Shown piece after piece: positions 59,801-64,000 of a stretch of DNA of 64,000 nt. Below the pieces are notes generated by a model. The model saw nothing but the letters and a program-made list of their open reading frames with translations. It was not told the origin of the DNA and did not search any database. Each line of letters begins with the position of its first letter. The stretch's first letter is position 1. This stretch comes from an uncultured bacterium (GTDB lineage Bacteria; Patescibacteriota; JABMPQ01; CAVVCK01): NCBI GenBank assembly GCA_963746775.1, contig CAVVCK010000001.1, positions 275,050 to 339,049 of the forward strand, written 5' to 3'. A program made the position numbers and the translations under genes.

Positions 59801-62489
59801 AGAAATACCAATATTTAAACTTGAGGCTACAATATTCAAAATATGAGTTTGGGAATCAAAATTATCTCCATGAGTTAGAATCCCTCCTGTCATTACTAAA
59901 TCATCAATTGATAAAGCAGTTGCAGTAGTATAGCTATTTAAAGTTGTAGTACCTCCTGTTATGGTAAGATCAGTAAGGGAAAATGTAGCCCCGCTATCTA
60001 ATCCTAGACTGCCAGCTGTAGTAATGGTGGTTATAGGCGTGTTAGCAGTAGCTCCACTCCCCAATATCAAACCGCCATCATTAGTAATATTAATAGTGGA
60101 CGTATTATTAATTTGTCCACCAGAAACTATAGATACATCAAGATTATCATAACTATTGCCTGTATTATAAGTAAATGTACCCGCAACCTCTAACGTACCT
60201 GTCTCATCTCCCCCAAAAGGACTGGCATCACTGACTGTTAAAGATTTCCCATTAGACACAACATAATTTGCTTCACTACTTAGCGCTATAAAATCAACAG
60301 TTAAAGAACTTATTGCTTGGGTAGAATCTGCCCCTTTTGTACCATTATTTTCTACAAATAAATCTCCATTGGTTCCGTCTTGTTTAATTAGAACTTGCCC
60401 ACCACCACCGTATTGGCCACTTGCCGAAGCAGTTCCACCATAAGTAGCAATAGAAGCAACATCAAGAATACTAGAAGAAGTGGTATATTCTAACAACATG
60501 CAACCTCCGCCTCCGCCTCCGCCTCCATTAGTAAACACTGCTGCCTGTGGCTGTAACACTAGTTGGCGTACCGGCAATAATATCAGCTGATATCTTGATA
60601 CTACCGCCTGCACCGCCGCCAGCATAATTAGAATCATGTGTTACTGCATCGGCTGTAACAGTACCATCAATAGTAACTGTACCGGAAGCATCGAGAATAA
60701 TTAAACCGCCACCGTCACCGCCGCCGTATGATCCATTATAACCTACGGCACCACCCGAACCTATAGTGGCTGGATTAGATATATCACAATAGGCTGTGCC
60801 GCCTCCTTCACCAGCAGAATCATCTCCTCCATCACCACCATGACCCGCACCACCACCAAAGCTATTAGCAATACCATATATCCCAGCACCAGGTCCATAA
60901 CCATTCGTATGACTAACAACCTTACCACCATCATAACCCTTGCCATCAGCGTTGATAGAAGCAGCAGCTCCAATGTTAGCACTAGAAGCAGAAATATTAA
61001 TTACGTTAGTCTGAGCACTAGAGTTATCACTATGAGTTAGAACCCCTCCAGTCATTACCAAATCACCTAAAGATAGAGCATCAACAGCGGAATAATTGTA
61101 TAGAGTAACAGTACCACTACTTATATTTAAATCAGCCATAACAAAAGTAGCACCTTGATCTAAGCCTAAAGTGCCGGCAGTATTAACTGTATTCATTATT
61201 GTATCAACCGTAGCTCCATCACCAAGTATTAATCCACCATCATTAGTAATATTAATAGTAGTTGTATTACTCAAAATTCCACCAGATAGAACTGAAACAG
61301 TTAAATTATCATAATTACTACCTACTGTATAATCAAAACTTCCAGAAACTTTTAATAGTCCAGTTCCATCTCCCTCAAAAGGACTAGCCTTAGTAACTGC
61401 AAAAGATTCCCCGTTGGGAACTAAATAGTTAGCCTCATTACTAACAGTAATAGAATCAACTGTTAGCGAATTAGCCACCGTATCTTGACTAGAATCTGCC
61501 CCTTCCGTACCGTTATTTTCTATAAATAAATCTCCATTAGTTCCGTCTTGTTTAATTAGAACTTGCCCACCGCCACCATATTGGCCACTGCCAGTACTAC
61601 CACCATACATATCGATAGCAGAAACATCGAAAACAGGAGTAGATGTGTATTCTAATAGTACACAACCTCCGCCTCCGCCACCTGGAGTAAAAGACGTATT
61701 ACTACCAATCGCGGTAAAACTGGAAGGAGTACCAGCAATGACATCAGCACTAATCTTAATCCCACCACCAGACCCGCCACCGGCATATTGACTACTATGC
61801 GCTACTGCATCGGCTGTAATAGTACCATCAATAGTTACAGTTCCTTCAGCATGGAGAATAATTAGACCACCACCGTCACCGCCGTCGTATGATCCATTAT
61901 AACCTACGGCACCACCCGAACCTATAGTGGCTGGATTAGATATATCACAATAGGCTGTGCCGCCTCCTTCACCAGCAGAAACATTTCCCCCGTCACCGCC
62001 GTGTCCGGCACCACCACCAGCATTACTAGCAGTATATATCCCCGCTCCTGGACCATAACCATTCGTATGACTAAAAACTGTACCTCCATCATAACCCTTG
62101 CCATCAGCGTTGATAGAAGCACCAGAATAAACTGTAATGTCGGTATGAGATGTTATGTCTATAGAATAAATTTGGGTAGTAGAATTATCTTGATGAGTAA
62201 GTACCGTTGTATCACCACCTACACTACCTACAACCAAAGAATTTACCGTAGCTGAATTAGTAAGAGTACAGGTACCATTGCCATAAAGAGTCAAATCATC
62301 ACCACTATTAAAGTCAACACCTTGGGCAATACTAGGATTAGTAGAACAATCAATCGAAGCTGGAGCAGCAGTAGTGGACTTTAATTCATAGGTTCTTAAT
62401 ATTAAAAAAGCAATAAGAAAAAATACGGAAATAAAAAATCCCGCTTTTAAAAATTTTAATAATATTCTTTTTGTATTTTTATTTTTCAT
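53810..62489 (-). CDS. Giant secreted/surface protein gene, about 2890 codons if read across the internal frameshift near 60528-60545. The track splits it into 60528-62489 and 53810-60637.
   Basis: N-terminal signal/TM (MKNKNTKRILLKFLKAGFFISVFFLIAF). Three ~385-aa Gly-rich beta-helix-like tandem repeats (GYDGG..., GGGTAYCDI, GGGGGGC.LLEY, QVLIKQDGTNGDLF). Further along are FN3-like beta domains, a LamG/concanavalin-like segment (ELRVSSTNRDANWIKAAY) and C-terminal FG-GAP-like propeller repeats (IVTAPRSGAPYVRIY, AAHIRIFNKDGK...). The first ~40 codons of the 53810-60637 track ORF (MILIM...) are the out-of-frame reading of the repeat, not a real start. Confidence 0.65.
60530..62300. repeat. Near-identical tandem repeat of about 1.16 kb within the giant gene. 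There are about 1.5 high-identity copies plus a more diverged third copy near 59300-60500.
   Basis: Identical stretches occur at an offset of about 1161 bp, e.g. cggcaccacccgaacctatagtggctggattagatatatcacaataggctgtgccgcctccttcaccagcagaa at about 60739 and again at about 61900. Paired spurious track ORFs sit at 60761/61922 and 60840/62001. Confidence 0.75.
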
Positions 62490-62569
62490 TTAAATATAAA
62501 AAACATTATATACATTATATTATAACATTTTTAAAGATTTTTCTCAATGATAATAAATGTGGATATCTG

Positions 62570-64000
62570 CTATCTTCCCAAAAACCCTATAGCTACATCA
62601 ACACCACCCCGAAAATTTTCATCATAAGCAAAAAAATTAGTCTCTCGAATCGCTAGCCCTTCTGCTTTAAAGGCTCTAACTTGCGGACCTCCAGCATTCC
62701 CTGCTCCCACTATAATTTCGGCCTGACCATCATCATCTATATGGCCCATATCAATCAATCCCCCCACAGGAAAATCGGCAAATGCTTTCCACTCTCCAAT
62801 TATAGTTTGTCCACTATTATATCGGTAAACTTTACACCAAGACTGTTCTTTCATTTGGCATACTCCTATTTCATCCTTGCCATCACCATCGATATCACCT
62901 GCGGCTACATCAATACCTCCCCGATAATCAGGGTGAAAAGCAAAAAATTGAATTGGTTTTAGAGTGCCGTCAGCCTCAAATACACGAATTTGAGGTCCTC
63001 CACCTTCTCCTGCTCCTACTATCACTTCAGCCCGGCCATCGGCATCTATATCACCCATGGCAATTGATCCTCCTCCTTCAAAATCACCAAAAGCATTCCA
63101 TTCACCTACTATTTCCCTGGCCACATTATATCTATAAACTTTAACTAAAGCCTGACCTTGTGAGGCTTGAATTACGGCTATTTCATCTTTGCCATCACCA
63201 TCGATATCACCTGCGGCTACATCAATCCCTCCACGAAAATCTAAATCAAAAGGCCAAAGGTCAATTCCCCGAGGAGTACCATCTTTTTCAAATATTCTCA
63301 CCTGCGGTCCACCGCCTGCCCTTGGTGCTGTTATAATTTCATCTTCACCATCTGCATCTACATCACCTAAAGCTACCCTTACTCCCCCCTTAAAATCTTC
63401 CCCGTAAGCAAAAAGTTTATCAGGATCAGATTCTGCTTCACCTCCTGTAGTAAAAGCTCGGATATGAGGACCGCCACCTACACCCGCTCCTGTTACAATA
63501 GAATTATATTCAGATAGTTCCGTAGAAACTTGCCCCACTTCACCAAAATATTCATCTATTTTATTCCACATATCCGATCTTGTACCGTCATAACCTAGAG
63601 CCCAAATACCAATTCCCCCCAAATCCTTCGTATTTACTAAATTATATTTATAAGAAATACTGGTTGGATCTTCATACCAAACTTGATGATATTTTCCATA
63701 TTTATAATACGGAGTCAGAGAATCTTCATCCCAAATGCGGGTGAAAGTATCCCGCTCAGACATAATTTCTGCATAAGTTTTAGCTTCTGCCGTATCAAGC
63801 GTACTAGCTGGAACACTATTACTATCAACTTCCCAATCATAACCATAATAAGGTACACCTAAAAATATTTTTGATTTATTATAATTAGTTTCTGCTAAAT
63901 AAGTATTAATAGAATTAGTTACATTATAATTACCCCAGGTACTGCTATTAGAAAATGGTGAAACAGGACCTGCTTGCGGTGCAGTCGACCAATGATAATC
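62570..64000 (-). CDS. GH18-like glycoside hydrolase domain fused to FG-GAP/integrin-alpha-type propeller repeats. It is 5' partial and continues past the window end.
   Basis: The reading frame stays open from 63763 to 64000 (…KIFLGVPYYGYDWEV…). The N-terminal region KDLGGIGIWALGYDG resembles the GH18 C-terminal motif. Repeats GDIDGDGKDEI / GGPQVRIF occur four or more times. Confidence 0.65.
   Translation of the reverse strand, partial: DYHWSTAPQAGPVSPFSNSSTWGNYNVTNSINTYLAETNYNKSKIFLGVPYYGYDWEVDSNSVPASTLDTAEAKTYAEIMSERDTFTRIWDEDSLTPYYKYGKYHQVWYEDPTSISYKYNLVNTKDLGGIGIWALGYDGTRSDMWNKIDEYFGEVGQVSTELSEYNSIVTGAGVGGGPHIRAFTTGGEAESDPDKLFAYGEDFKGGVRVALGDVDADGEDEIITAPRAGGGPQVRIFEKDGTPRGIDLWPFDLDFRGGIDVAAGDIDGDGKDEIAVIQASQGQALVKVYRYNVAREIVGEWNAFGDFEGGGSIAMGDIDADGRAEVIVGAGEGGGPQIRVFEADGTLKPIQFFAFHPDYRGGIDVAAGDIDGDGKDEIGVCQMKEQSWCKVYRYNSGQTIIGEWKAFADFPVGGLIDMGHIDDDGQAEIIVGAGNAGGPQVRAFKAEGLAIRETNFFAYDENFRGGVDVAIGFLGR

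Noticed and set aside
60528-60637. The MILIMLAAVQAVVSRYQ... N-terminus of the 53810-60637 track ORF as a genuine start.
   Set aside because: It is the out-of-frame translation of the repeat-unit DNA. The in-frame continuation comes from the 60528-62489 ORF, so this is one frameshifted gene or an assembly artefact.
53810-62489. Autotransporter classification of the giant protein.
   Set aside because: The C-terminus is an FG-GAP-type propeller, not a beta-barrel translocator, and CPR-like lineages lack an outer membrane.

Overview
This is an AT-rich, gene-dense bacterial segment of about 30% GC with short intergenic spacers and many A/T-loop hairpin terminators. The gene content and style look like a small-genome Patescibacteria/CPR-type organism; that assignment is inference from composition and gene content only. 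Most of the window is housekeeping. It holds pheS (3' partial at the window start), sbcC-sbcD, a tRNA cluster (initiator tRNA-fMet, tRNA-Met/Ile CAU, tRNA-Asp), a MacAB-like tripartite efflux operon, a DsbA-like oxidoreductase, and a copper homeostasis cluster (csoR, Cys-rich protein, HMA-membrane-cupredoxin fusion, cupredoxin protein, copA). It also holds an ECF sigma factor with a PLDc_N-type small membrane protein, tsaB, a Mur ligase, thiI, a NUDIX hydrolase, queH, lon, a FemAB-family transferase, ruvA, uvrB, rpsT, holA and polA. The accessory and unusual content is as follows. First, the tRNA-Asp gene is preceded by two decayed tRNA-Asp-like copies that bracket a small GIY-YIG ORF. Second, a frameshifted IS200/RAYT-like transposase remnant is flanked by CCATGGG-core REP-like palindromes that also extend the 3' end of queH. 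Third, a frameshifted DUF559/Vsr-like endonuclease gene sits between holA and polA, bracketed by GC-rich cccctcct/aggagggg inverted repeats. Fourth, there are two families of small dispersed intergenic repeats and a three-unit palindrome array with covarying flanks. Fifth, a minus-strand cluster of uncharacterised proteins (membrane anchor, translin-like, acidic protein, PP2C-like phosphatase with a long coiled coil, Zn-ribbon protein) is the best candidate here for an undescribed module. Sixth, the 3' end carries a giant (about 2900 aa if the frameshift is bridged) surface-protein gene with near-identical ~1.16 kb tandem repeats, followed by a GH18-like/FG-GAP propeller protein that is 5' partial at the window end. 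All functional calls come from motif recognition in the supplied translations; no database searches were run.
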